Positions 19,892 through 29,214 of a stretch of DNA of 64,000 nt are shown in pieces; the stretch's first letter is position 1; every line of letters begins with the position of its first letter. The DNA is from Acidobacteriota bacterium. GTDB taxonomy: Bacteria; Acidobacteriota; CAIWXX01. The position numbers were made by a program, and so were the translations under genes. The notes under the pieces were generated by a model that saw nothing but the letters and a program-made list of their open reading frames with translations, was not told the origin of the DNA and searched no databases. The DNA lies in NCBI GenBank assembly GCA_040755995.1, contig JBFMAF010000023.1, positions 192,001-256,000 of the forward strand. The letters are read 5' to 3'.

Positions 19892-21031
19892 CTATCCCTT
19901 CCGGCGAAATACGAGCGCCGCCCAGCCGACGAGGTAGCCTGCGCCCGAGAGCAGATGCCACGCGAAGGCATAGACGCATGCCGGCGGCATGAGCGCAACG
20001 CGCTCGCCTTCCTTCAGCGCCCGCAGGGCGTTCCTCACGGAGATGATGGCGGGGAGAGCCAGGCTCGACAGCGGGACGGCAAGCCCGGCGACCAGCAGAG
20101 GAGGATCTCCCGCGAAGAACGCATATGCGCAAAGAAGCGTCAGGAAGAGCAGGTGAAACGCTGCAAGTGGAACGCGCATGCACAGGCGATGAACGACGAA
20201 AGTGCGATTGAAGGCCGAGGCGAACAGGAGGAGCGACAGCAACAGTCGCGCGAGCGCGGGGAGCGCCAGCAGCGGGATCGCCATAAGGCACCACAGGTAG
20301 CAACGCGTTTGCAGGCCGTCGTAGCGATGCCGCTTGTAGAGGAGCGCCGCCGTTCTGCCGTACAACAGAGCCTTCTTGAGCCCGCCGCTCACGGTCTTCT
20401 GCCGCGACGAGAAGATGTACTCGACGCGCGCTTCCGGGTGAAGCAGTATCTTGTACCCGGCCGCGCGCATCTTGATCGAAAGATCTGTATCCTCGCCCGC
20501 CGTGAAGAACGCCGGGTCCCAGGCGCCGAGTTTCTCGATCACGTCGCGCCGATAGGCATCGGCCTTGCCGCGGAAGAAATCGATCTCGGCCGGCGCATCC
20601 GTCCGCGGATTGAGGTGCTGCGGGCAGACCACGTCGAAGAGGCGCGCGCCGAGCGGCAGCGATGCTCTGGGCGGGTACACGCGCCGCGAGACGACCGCAC
20701 CGACCGAGGGATCACCGAACAGCTGCAGCATCTTCAAGGTCCATTCGGGATCGACAAGCAGGCAGTCTGAGTGCAGGCTGAAGACGATGGGGGCGCTGGC
20801 CGCCCGAAACCCCCGCGTGAGCGATGCGCCAAGCCCGACGTTGCGCTCGTTGCGCAGCAGCTTGATGCCGGGGATCCGATCGAGCACCGCGCCCGTCCGG
20901 TCCGTCGAATGGTCGTCTACGACGATGACCTCCTTGTCAGGCAGACTCTGTGCGAGGGCGGCTCGAACGGTCCGCTCGATGTACTCCGCGTCGTTGTACG
21001 CGCAGATCACGATAGATGCGGCCGGCGTCAT
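19892..21031 (-). CDS. Glycosyltransferase family 2 with C-terminal TM helices
   Basis: ICAYND, VDDHSTD, GEDTDL; hydrophobic C-terminus. Confidence 0.88.
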   Translation of the reverse strand: MTPAASIVICAYNDAEYIERTVRAALAQSLPDKEVIVVDDHSTDRTGAVLDRIPGIKLLRNERNVGLGASLTRGFRAASAPIVFSLHSDCLLVDPEWTLKMLQLFGDPSVGAVVSRRVYPPRASLPLGARLFDVVCPQHLNPRTDAPAEIDFFRGKADAYRRDVIEKLGAWDPAFFTAGEDTDLSIKMRAAGYKILLHPEARVEYIFSSRQKTVSGGLKKALLYGRTAALLYKRHRYDGLQTRCYLWCLMAIPLLALPALARLLLSLLLFASAFNRTFVVHRLCMRVPLAAFHLLFLTLLCAYAFFAGDPPLLVAGLAVPLSSLALPAIISVRNALRALKEGERVALMPPACVYAFAWHLLSGAGYLVGWAALVFRRKG

Positions 21032-21067
21032 CAGGCGGAGGTTATACCATGACGAGCCCACGCAATG

Positions 21068-21189
21068 GTAGGGACGACCGGCGGCCGCACTGTTGCGGTC
21101 GCCGCGCGCCGGTCGTCGCGGGCATCGCCCCGTCGTGTCGGCAACGGGGCGATGGCCGGGTGTACGGGCGACGCATGCGTCGCCCCTAC
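21068..21189. repeat. Inverted pair of GTAG-type REP sequences (REPIN-like)
   Basis: GTAGGGACGACCGGC... on the + strand, GTAGGGGCGACGCATGCGTCGCCC on the - strand, with an internal CATCGCCCCG/CGGGGCGATG hairpin. Confidence 0.65.
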
Positions 21190-21224
21190 CGCCGGGGTAG
21201 GATTAAAGATCTTTCATTTTCTTC

Positions 21225-21253
21225 TTGACGAATCCAGGGTGCCAACCTATTCT
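21225..21253 (+). promoter_or_regulatory. Sigma70-type promoter of the hydrogenase operon
   Basis: TTGACG-N17-TATTCT preceded by an AT-rich stretch. Confidence 0.6.
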
Positions 21254-21311
21254 ACCCGGCAATGGCTGCGAATCCACCAATGCGGCTTTGCACTTTCAAC
21301 AGGAGGTGATT

Positions 21312-22421
21312 GTGGGCAAACCCATCGAATGCCTGACTCACTTTGACCGTGAAGAGGCACGGGGAGTGAGCCGGCGGGATTTCGTCAAGATCTGCACCAT
21401 GGCCGCTGCGTCACTCGGCTTACCGGCATGGGTCGGCGAGAAGATGGCGCAGGCCGCGGCCGCAGGGAAGCTGAGACCCTCGGTCGTCTGGCTGCACTTC
21501 CAGGAATGTACGGGGTGCACTGAGACTCTTCTCAGGACCACCCACCCGGCGTTGGCCGAGCTGATTCTGGATCTCATCTCACTCGACTACCACGAGACCG
21601 TATCGGCCGCCGCCGGAGATCAAATCGAGGAAAATCTGAAAAACACGATCGAAGCCAACGCAGGGAAGTTCATCTGCGTGATCGAGGGTGCCATACCCAC
21701 CAAGGACAACGGGATCTACTGCAAGATCGGAGGACGGACGGCTCTGGAGATCGCCAACGAAGTCGCCGAAAAAGCCGCTGCTATCATTGCTATTGGTTCA
21801 TGCGCGTCATTCGGCGGCCTCGCCGCGGCGGATCCGAATCCGACCGGAGCGGCGGGAGCCCCGCAGGTGCTCAAGGGCAAGCCCGTGGTGACGATTCCCG
21901 GATGTCCTCCGAATCCGTACAACTTCCTCGGAGTGGCCTTGCAGTACGCTACGTTGGGCAGCCTGCCGGCCCTGGACGAATTGGGGCGTCCGGCCTTCGC
22001 CTATGCGCGTACGATCCACGAGGACTGCCCGAGGCGGCCGCACTTCGACGCCGGCCGGTTCGCGGAGAAATTCGGCGACCAGGGGCATCGGGATGGGTAC
22101 TGCCTCTACAGGCTGGGATGCAAGGGCCCGGGCACGCACGCCAACTGCTCGATCCAGAATTTCAACGAGGTGGGCGCATGGCCGGTGGGTGTGGGGCACC
22201 CGTGCGCAGGGTGCACGGAACAGCAGCACGCGTTCCGCACGGCGCTCTTCACCACGATCGAGATCGAGCGGCCGACGCCGCCTGACACCTATCCGCCGAT
22301 CGAGGCCAAGCAGGGCGGCATCGGAACGCTGGCCGTGGGCTTCGCCGGTCTGGTTGGAGGCGCGCTCCTCGGAGCCGGCTACGCCACGTCCAGGAAGCTG
22401 GGAGAGGAGAAGGAGAAGTAG
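21312..22421 (+). CDS. hybO: [NiFe] hydrogenase small subunit (Hyb type)
   Basis: AGGAGG RBS and GTG start; Tat signal SRRDFVK; ECTGC, GSCA, PGCPP, CLYRLGCKGP; C-terminal TM. Confidence 0.92.
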   Translation: MGKPIECLTHFDREEARGVSRRDFVKICTMAAASLGLPAWVGEKMAQAAAAGKLRPSVVWLHFQECTGCTETLLRTTHPALAELILDLISLDYHETVSAAAGDQIEENLKNTIEANAGKFICVIEGAIPTKDNGIYCKIGGRTALEIANEVAEKAAAIIAIGSCASFGGLAAADPNPTGAAGAPQVLKGKPVVTIPGCPPNPYNFLGVALQYATLGSLPALDELGRPAFAYARTIHEDCPRRPHFDAGRFAEKFGDQGHRDGYCLYRLGCKGPGTHANCSIQNFNEVGAWPVGVGHPCAGCTEQQHAFRTALFTTIEIERPTPPDTYPPIEAKQGGIGTLAVGFAGLVGGALLGAGYATSRKLGEEKEK

Positions 22422-22422
22422 C

Positions 22423-23301
22423 ATGCCCATCGATCGACGCTCCGTTCTGAAAGGACTGGTAGCGGCGGGAGGGGTGGCTGTCGCGAGTGGTGCGAGCACG
22501 GTTGCGGCGCGGGAGCGCAAGGCGCCTCCGGATGACGCGGTTGGAATGCTCTATGACGCAACGCGCTGTATCGGCTGCAAGGCTTGTGTCGTGAAGTGCA
22601 AGGAGGCCAACGGATTGCCCCCGGATGCCCCGGACGGCCTGCACGATGCGCCGGTCGACCTCAACGCCTCGACAAAGAACATCATCAAGCTCTACAAGGA
22701 TGCCGACCGGATTTCGTACATGAAGGCGCAGTGCATGCATTGCGTCGATCCGGCGTGCGTATCGGTTTGCATGTTCGGCTCCTTGCAGAAGGGCGAGCTT
22801 GGCATTGTGACCTACAATCCCGACCGGTGCCTGGGCTGCCGCTACTGCCAGGTCGCCTGCCCGTTCAACGTTCCGAAGTTCGAGTGGTCGAAGGCGGTGC
22901 CGCAGATAGTGAAGTGCGAGATGTGCCGTCATCTGATCGCGAAGGGCGGGCAGCCGGCTTGCTGCGAGGTCTGCCCCCGGGAAGCAGTGATCTACGGGAA
23001 GCTCGCCGATCTGAAGGCAGACGCCAGGGATCGGCTGGCGAAGAACCCGGATCGATATGTGCAGAAAGTGTACGGCGATACCGACGGCGGAGGCACGCAG
23101 GTGATCTGTCTCTCGGCCGTCCCGTTCGAACTCCTCGGGCTTCCGGATCTCGGCGACGAGCCTGTGCCGAAGCTGTCCGAGACCATCCAGCACGGCGTCT
23201 ACTACGGCTTCATCCCGCCGGTGGTTCTCTATGGGGCACTGGGATTGGTGATGCTCCGCAACCGGAAGCGTGGAGGGACGGGTGAGGAGGTGAAGAAATG
23301 A
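22423..23301 (+). CDS. hybA: Hydrogenase Fe-S subunit HybA
   Basis: Tat signal DRRSVLK; CIGCKAC, CMHCVDPACVSVC, CLGCRYCQVACP, KCEMC; C-terminal TM. Confidence 0.92.
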   Translation: MPIDRRSVLKGLVAAGGVAVASGASTVAARERKAPPDDAVGMLYDATRCIGCKACVVKCKEANGLPPDAPDGLHDAPVDLNASTKNIIKLYKDADRISYMKAQCMHCVDPACVSVCMFGSLQKGELGIVTYNPDRCLGCRYCQVACPFNVPKFEWSKAVPQIVKCEMCRHLIAKGGQPACCEVCPREAVIYGKLADLKADARDRLAKNPDRYVQKVYGDTDGGGTQVICLSAVPFELLGLPDLGDEPVPKLSETIQHGVYYGFIPPVVLYGALGLVMLRNRKRGGTGEEVKK

Positions 23302-24485
23302 GCGAGCACGCACATCCTGCGCCCGTCGGCGGCGACATCCTCACGAAGCCGTTCAAGATCATTCTGGCGATCTTCGGTCTCGGCGCCGTGCTGATTCTCT
23401 GGCGCTACGCTACCGGGCTGGGCTCGGTCACTGCTCTGAACGACGGCTATCCCTGGGGAATCTGGATCGCGTTCGATGTCGTTGCGGGAACCGCTCTGGC
23501 CTGCGGCGGCTACGCCGTCGCCATTCTCTGTTACATCCTGAACAAGGGCGAGTACCATCCGCTGGTGCGCCCCGCGGTTCTGACGAGCGCACTGGGCTAC
23601 TCAGTCGCTGCCGTCGCCATCGCGGTTGACGTCGGCCGTTACTGGAACCTATATCTGGCCGCATTGCCGTGGAAGTGGAACCTCAACTCGGTTCTCCTCG
23701 AAGTGGCTCTGTGCGTCATGTCCTACATCGTCGTGCTGTGGATAGAGATGTCCCCTGCCTTCATGGAGGTCTGGAAGGACGGCAAGCAGCCGTTTCTGCG
23801 GCGGGCTTCTCAGAGCGCCTATCCGATTGTCAACAAAGCCCTGATCTGGATTCTCGCCCTCGGCATCCTGCTTCCCACGATGCACCAGTCGTCACTGGGC
23901 TCCGTCTTCCTGGTCTCTACGACGAAGCTCCACAAGCTCTGGCATACGCCATTGCTGCCGTTGCTTTTCCTGATCTCGTGCATCGCCCTCGGCTATGCCG
24001 CGGTCGTCTTCGAGGCGACTCTCTCGAGCATCGCGTTCAAGAAGGTGCGGGAGACGAAGATGTTGGCCTCGCTCTCGGGCGTCATGGCGATAGTGCTGGC
24101 CATCTACCTCGGTATTCGTTTTCTCGACCTGATCTTCCGTGGCAGGCTCGGGCTGATGTTCAAGCCGGATCTCTATGCGCTGTTTTTCTGGATCGAAGTG
24201 GTCCTGTTCGCCGCGCCCGCGCTCATGCTGATGTCGAAGGCGTCGCGGGCGAGCGCAGGAAACCAGTTCCGGGCGGCCATCTTGATGATGCTCGCCGGAG
24301 TCCTGTACCGCTTCGATGTTTATCTGATCGGGTACAACCCGGGTGCCGGCTGGTCCTACTTCCCGTCGATACCGGAGATGCTCATCACGTTCGGCGTGGT
24401 CTCGCTCGAGATCATGGCCTACATTTACATCGTGAAGCGATTCCCGGTTCTCGCCGGCGGCACCGCAACAAGTTCGCCACGGTAG
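23298..24485 (+). CDS. hybB: Hydrogenase membrane subunit HybB (NrfD family)
   Basis: YPWGIWIAFDV, ALACGGY, LPTMHQSSLG; about 10 TM segments. Confidence 0.92.
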   Translation: MSEHAHPAPVGGDILTKPFKIILAIFGLGAVLILWRYATGLGSVTALNDGYPWGIWIAFDVVAGTALACGGYAVAILCYILNKGEYHPLVRPAVLTSALGYSVAAVAIAVDVGRYWNLYLAALPWKWNLNSVLLEVALCVMSYIVVLWIEMSPAFMEVWKDGKQPFLRRASQSAYPIVNKALIWILALGILLPTMHQSSLGSVFLVSTTKLHKLWHTPLLPLLFLISCIALGYAAVVFEATLSSIAFKKVRETKMLASLSGVMAIVLAIYLGIRFLDLIFRGRLGLMFKPDLYALFFWIEVVLFAAPALMLMSKASRASAGNQFRAAILMMLAGVLYRFDVYLIGYNPGAGWSYFPSIPEMLITFGVVSLEIMAYIYIVKRFPVLAGGTATSSPR

Positions 24486-24495
24486 GAAGGAGCTC

Positions 24496-26190
24496 ATGAG
24501 AATCACCGTAGATCCAATCACAAGAATAGAAGGCCACCTGCGCATCGACTGCGAAGTCGACGGCGGGGCTGTCCGGGACGCCTGGTCCTCCGGGCAGATG
24601 TGGCGTGGAATCGAAGTCATGCTCAGGGGGCGCGATCCGCGCGACGCGCAATTCTTCACTCAGCGGTCCTGCGGCGTGTGCACGACGGTTCACGCGCTGG
24701 CCTCCGTGCGCGCCGTCGAGAACGCACTCGACATGGAGATCCCGCTCAACGCGCAGTACATCCGAAACATGATCGTCCTGGCCCACGCACTGCACGATCA
24801 CATCGTCCACTTCTATCACCTGTGCGCGCTCGACTGGGTGGACGTCGTATCCGCATTGCAGGGCGATCCCGCCAAGGCATCGAGTCTCGCCGAGAGCCTC
24901 TCGCCGTGGCCGCGCAACAGCAAGAAGGAGCTCGAGGCGGTCAAGGCGAAGCTGAAGGCATTCGTGGACAGCGGGCAGCTCGGCCCCTTCGCCAACGGCT
25001 ACTGGGGACACCCGGCATACAAGCTTCCGCCCGAAGTCAACCTGCTGGCGGTGGCTCACTACCTGCAGGCGCTCGAGTACCAGCGAATCCCGAACATGGC
25101 CGTCGGCATCCTCGGCGGCAAGACTCCACATATCCAGAACCTTACGGTCGGTGGGGTGTCCAATGCCGTGAACCTGGACAACGCCGCGGCCCTCAATATG
25201 GAGAGACTCTTTTGGGTGAAGGACCTGCTCGAACAGACCGCCGCGTTCGTTCAGCAGGTGTACTTCATCGACATGTGCGCCGTCGGGGCCATGTACGCGG
25301 ACTGGGTCAAGTACGGCGCGGGTGTCAAGAACTACCTCGCAGTCCCCGACCTGCCGCTCGACACCAAGGGAACCAAATTCGACATGCCTGGCGGCGTGAT
25401 CGTCGACGGCAATCTGGAGGGTGTGAAGCCAATCGCCAGCTTCCAGGACACGTTCTTCAAGGACAACGTCAAGGAGTCCATCGCGTGCTCCTGGTACGAC
25501 GGCAACTGGTCGCGCCATCCGTACGAAGAGGAGACCGCACCCAAGTACAGCGACTACGACCCGAGCGGGAAGTACTCGTGGGTCAAGGCTCCTCGCTTCG
25601 ACGGCCGGCCGATGCAGGTGGGACCGCTTTCGCAGGTGCTGGTGGCTTTCGCACAGGGAGACGAGCTCACCACGACATGGGCCGTCAAGGCGCTCGAAAC
25701 CGTGGGCGCCATCGCGGGGGCCAAGCTGACTCCCGCCATCCTCCATTCCACAATCGGAAGGATCGCTGCACGCTCCATCCGGTGCGCCGTCATGTCCGAG
25801 CTGGCGCTGAAACACTGGCAGATGCTCGTCGAGAACATCGGCAAGGGCGATACGGCGACCTTCAACGCGCCGACGTTCCCGAGCGGCGAACAGAAGGGCT
25901 TCGGCTTCCACGAAGCGCCTCGCGGGACCCTCTCTCACTGGATCGTGATCCGCGACGGCAAGATCGCGAACTACCAGCAGGTGGTACCGTCGACATGGAA
26001 CGCTGGACCGCGCGACGAGAAGGGGCAGAAGGGGCCGTACGAGGCGTGCCTCGTCGGCAATCCCATCGCCGATCCCAAGCGCCCGCTCGAAGTGCTGCGC
26101 ACGATCCACTCGTTCGACCCGTGCCTCGCGTGCGCCATACACACGCACGATGCGGAAGGGAACGAGGTGGGGCAGGCAAGGGTGCTGTAG
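24496..26190 (+). CDS. hybC: [NiFe] hydrogenase large subunit (group 1c-like)
   Basis: DPITRIEGH; L1 motif QRSCGVCTTVH; L2 motif SFDPCLACAIH followed by a cleavable tail. Confidence 0.95.
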   Translation: MRITVDPITRIEGHLRIDCEVDGGAVRDAWSSGQMWRGIEVMLRGRDPRDAQFFTQRSCGVCTTVHALASVRAVENALDMEIPLNAQYIRNMIVLAHALHDHIVHFYHLCALDWVDVVSALQGDPAKASSLAESLSPWPRNSKKELEAVKAKLKAFVDSGQLGPFANGYWGHPAYKLPPEVNLLAVAHYLQALEYQRIPNMAVGILGGKTPHIQNLTVGGVSNAVNLDNAAALNMERLFWVKDLLEQTAAFVQQVYFIDMCAVGAMYADWVKYGAGVKNYLAVPDLPLDTKGTKFDMPGGVIVDGNLEGVKPIASFQDTFFKDNVKESIACSWYDGNWSRHPYEEETAPKYSDYDPSGKYSWVKAPRFDGRPMQVGPLSQVLVAFAQGDELTTTWAVKALETVGAIAGAKLTPAILHSTIGRIAARSIRCAVMSELALKHWQMLVENIGKGDTATFNAPTFPSGEQKGFGFHEAPRGTLSHWIVIRDGKIANYQQVVPSTWNAGPRDEKGQKGPYEACLVGNPIADPKRPLEVLRTIHSFDPCLACAIHTHDAEGNEVGQARVL

Positions 26191-26289
26191 AGCCGGTCGA
26201 GGGCAAACAGGGTGGGCTCGGGACGTCGGGCGTCCCGAGCCCGGCCCATCTTCTTCACCTGCGAGCGGGGCACTTCTGGGCACCAACCC

Positions 26290-26841
26290 GTGAATCGAAT
26301 CAGGATCATCGGCATCGGAAATGTCTTGATGGGTGACGACGCGCTCGGCCCATACATGGTCCAGATTCTCGAGAGCGCATATGCCTTTCCCGAGGATGTG
26401 ACGTTGATCGATGCCGGAACGCCGGGACTCGACCTGACCGCTTTCTTCATGGGCACACAGGCGGTGATAGTGGTAGACACGGTGCGGGCCAAGGGCGATG
26501 CGGGTGAAGTGCGGCTCTATCGTCGCGAGGAACTGCTCCGGAGTCCGCTCGGGGTTCGGCTGAGCCCGCATGATCCCGGGCTGAACCAGGCGCTGCGCGC
26601 GGCGGAATTCCACGGGGACGCGCCGCGAGACGTCCTGCTCGTGGGCGTGATTCCCGAACGCGTTGACACGGGCGCGGGACTGAGTCAGGCTGTGCGGCGT
26701 GCGCTCCCGCGAGTCGAAGCGGAGATACTGCGCGAGCTGGCGCGATTCGGCGTAGTCCCGACTGTGCGCAAGCCCAGAAAGGAGCCCGACATCTGGTGGG
26801 AGCGAGAACCCGGTGCACCCAGGCAAGAGCCGGCGACCTGA
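26290..26841 (+). CDS. hybD: Hydrogenase maturation protease
   Basis: IIGIGNVLMGDDALG, DAGT, IVVD, SPH motifs. GTG start is approximate. Confidence 0.88.
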   Translation: MNRIRIIGIGNVLMGDDALGPYMVQILESAYAFPEDVTLIDAGTPGLDLTAFFMGTQAVIVVDTVRAKGDAGEVRLYRREELLRSPLGVRLSPHDPGLNQALRAAEFHGDAPRDVLLVGVIPERVDTGAGLSQAVRRALPRVEAEILRELARFGVVPTVRKPRKEPDIWWEREPGAPRQEPAT

Positions 26842-26843
26842 GC

Positions 26844-27215
26844 ATGATGCAGAGAATCGAAAGCTGGCTGATCCACCTCATCGCGCTGCACAGCATAGTG
26901 GTGGGCGTGTTTTTGCTGATACTGCCGCCGTGGGCGGTGCGTTTCGGAGGATTCGGAGAGGTCTCTCCACCCTTCTTCGCGCACCAGGCCGGCGCTTTCC
27001 ACCTGGTGGTGGCGGCGGCATATCTGATCGAGTACCTGCGCTACCGGGGTGTGATCATCCTCGTGTTCGCAAAGGCCCTGGCAACCGTCTTTCTCTTCGC
27101 CTGCACCTTACTGGACGGCGCTCCGTGGATCGTTCCATTCTCCGGTGTGGCGGACTTCATGATGGGCGCGGTGGTGCTGGTCGTCCATCTGAAGGTTGCC
27201 CGGGAGAGGCAGTAA
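26844..27215 (+). CDS. Small 4-TM hypothetical membrane protein
   Basis: Starts 2 nt after hybD; four hydrophobic helices with His residues. Confidence 0.7.
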   Translation: MMQRIESWLIHLIALHSIVVGVFLLILPPWAVRFGGFGEVSPPFFAHQAGAFHLVVAAAYLIEYLRYRGVIILVFAKALATVFLFACTLLDGAPWIVPFSGVADFMMGAVVLVVHLKVARERQ

Positions 27216-27441
27216 GCGAGAGGCCGCAGCGCCCGCTCGTCGCACAGCGCGAAGGCGTGCCGAAGAACCGCGGGCCGCGGCTCAACGGGCTCATGCGAGC
27301 GTGTACGTTTTCTGTGCTCTTTGAGCGGCCAACATGCGTGTGCTGTGACCTTGACCGGCCGTGCAGTCGGCCTTATATTTGGTGATAAGGCTGCGTTGAG
27401 GAGACGGCGCTCGGCCAAGATGCATAGCATAGAGACATACC

Positions 27442-28353
27442 ATGGATACGTTGCGTGACAGGTACTTGAACCCGTTCACGGACTTCGGGTTCAAGAAGAT
27501 ATTCGGCACGGAGCTGAACAAGGACTTGCTCATCGATTTCCTGAACGAGGTGATACGCGAGCGTGGCCGAATCACGGACGTGAACTACCGTGTCACCGAG
27601 CAACTTGGCATCATGGAGGCGGACAGGCGTGCGATATTCGACATCTACTGCCAGAGCGAAAGCGGGGAGAGGTTCATAGTAGAGTTGCAGAAGGCCAAGC
27701 AGAACTACTTCAGGGACCGGAGCATATACTACGCCACATTTCCAATCCAAGAGCAGGCGCAGAAGGGAGAGTGGGATTACAGGCTCGATCCCGTCTACAT
27801 GGTAGGAGTCCTCGACTTTGTGTTCAACGACGAGCACCGGGACAAGACGGTCGTAACCGAAGTGAGGCTGATGGACACCCGAACAAGAGAAGTCTTCTAT
27901 GACAAGCTGGCGTTCATCTACCTGCAGATGCCCAATTTCACGAAGGTTGAGGAGCAGCTCGAGACGCATTTCGACAAGTGGCTGTATGTTCTCAAGCATC
28001 TGCCGGACCTCCAGGAGCGGCCTGCGAGGCTTCAAGAACGCGTCTTCGCGCGTTTGTTCGAGATTGCGGAGATCGCGAAGTTCACAGCCGAGGAGAGGCA
28101 CGCCTACGAGGACAGCCTGAAGCATTACAGAGACCTGAAGAACACGATCGATACCGCGCGCGAAGAGGGGCGTGCTGAAGGAGAGCAGATCGGATTGGAG
28201 AAAGGCCGGGCCCAAGGCGAGCATGACGGAATCAAGATGGGCAAGATCGAGGTCGCTCGCGCACTGCTGAGCCGGGGCATGAATGAGGCGGAAATCTCAC
28301 GGCTGACTGGGCTGCCCCAGGAGGAGATCGAACGTATCGCGAAGGGCCGGTAA
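27442..28353 (+). CDS. Rpn family PD-(D/E)XK nuclease / putative transposase
   Basis: NPFTDFGFKKIFG, FDIYC, IVELQ, RSIYY; C-terminal GxxxG repeats and a TGL..EEI tail. Confidence 0.9.
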   Translation: MDTLRDRYLNPFTDFGFKKIFGTELNKDLLIDFLNEVIRERGRITDVNYRVTEQLGIMEADRRAIFDIYCQSESGERFIVELQKAKQNYFRDRSIYYATFPIQEQAQKGEWDYRLDPVYMVGVLDFVFNDEHRDKTVVTEVRLMDTRTREVFYDKLAFIYLQMPNFTKVEEQLETHFDKWLYVLKHLPDLQERPARLQERVFARLFEIAEIAKFTAEERHAYEDSLKHYRDLKNTIDTAREEGRAEGEQIGLEKGRAQGEHDGIKMGKIEVARALLSRGMNEAEISRLTGLPQEEIERIAKGR

Positions 28354-28436
28354 GGCCTGCTCTGCCCATGGCTTTCGAGTGCCACGGCTGCAACTCTCAA
28401 CTCTGGACGTCAAGCGCGGCCAGGACGGCCTCGGGA

Positions 28437-28622
28437 GCTTCATCGCTCCGAGGCCGCGCCTCGCTAGCAGGCTTCGGCAGAAAAAGATGTTGCGATTGAG
28501 TCGATGCTGCAGCGGCGCGTCATTGGCTCTGAAGTCCCACGGTAGTCACTGTCGACTCGCGACGCGAGGCGTGGTGAGAGCGGTCCTGCACGCTTCATCG
28601 GTCTGAGGCCGCGCCTCGCTAG
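28437..28622. repeat. 31-bp direct repeat (28437-28467 and 28592-28622) between convergent rpn and HNH genes
   Basis: GCTTCATCGnTCnGAGGCCGCGCCTCGCTAG, 29 of 31 identical; the first copy overlaps a hairpin at 28426-28456. Confidence 0.7.
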
Positions 28623-29161
28623 TAGTCGCTGTCGAGCTCGATGTTCCAGTACAGGTAGTCCCGCCAGCATTCCGGCGTACTGTGTATGGACAGTTTCACC
28701 GTCACGCGAGGCAGCCAACCCGGCCGCTCCGGCTTCCTCACGAGCTTCATCCCGGACTGAGAAGGCGTACGCCCGCCCTTCTTGCGATTGCATTCGATGC
28801 AGCAGGTCACGATGTTCTCCCACCGCTTCTCGCCGCCCAGAGAAACCGGGATCACGTGGTCGAAGGTAAGATCCTCTGTGGAGTACTTCTGGCCGCAGTA
28901 CTGGCAGCGGTGGTCGTCGCGGGCGTAGATGTTTGCCCGCGAGAACTTGACCCACCTTGCTGGAGGCTTGACCTTGATGAACCGCAGCAGTCGCAGCACC
29001 GCCGGAAGCTTGAAGGTGATCGAGATCGAGCGGATCTCCTGCTCGTACTCCTCGACCACCTCCACCTTGCCCTGGCAGAGCAGACGGATGGCCTTCTGCC
29101 ACGCGATGATCTTCAGCGGCTCATAGGTGGCATTCAGTAGCAGCGCCGGCGCGTAACTCAT
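28619..29161 (-). CDS. HNH endonuclease (McrA-like)
   Basis: LLLNATYEPL, RDDHRCQYCG, TFDHVIP, WENIVTCCIECNRKKG. Confidence 0.9.
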   Translation of the reverse strand: MSYAPALLLNATYEPLKIIAWQKAIRLLCQGKVEVVEEYEQEIRSISITFKLPAVLRLLRFIKVKPPARWVKFSRANIYARDDHRCQYCGQKYSTEDLTFDHVIPVSLGGEKRWENIVTCCIECNRKKGGRTPSQSGMKLVRKPERPGWLPRVTVKLSIHSTPECWRDYLYWNIELDSDY

Positions 29162-29185
29162 CGGAGATGCCTCACAAGCGGACAC

Positions 29186-29214
29186 ATTTTACTACCCATG
29201 TCAAGTCTATGCAA
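29186..29214 (-). promoter_or_regulatory. Sigma70-type promoter of the HNH gene
   Basis: TTGCAT-N17-TAAAAT on the minus strand. Confidence 0.6.

Noticed and set aside
19617..20303. ORFs spanning the radical SAM/GT2 gap
   Set aside because: They are read from the REP-like element and an alternative frame of the GT2 gene.
24496..26190. [NiFeSe] hydrogenase
   Set aside because: The L2 motif is DPCLAC with Cys codons and there is no in-frame TGA.
24412..26826. Long antisense ORFs (804 aa here; also 50688-52721, 53596-55653, 41891-43282, 14911-16314)
   Set aside because: They are shadows of well-supported opposite-strand genes in GC-rich DNA and have no recognisable motifs.
28437..28622. CRISPR array
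   Set aside because: Only two copies with a 124-bp gap, and no cas genes in the window.
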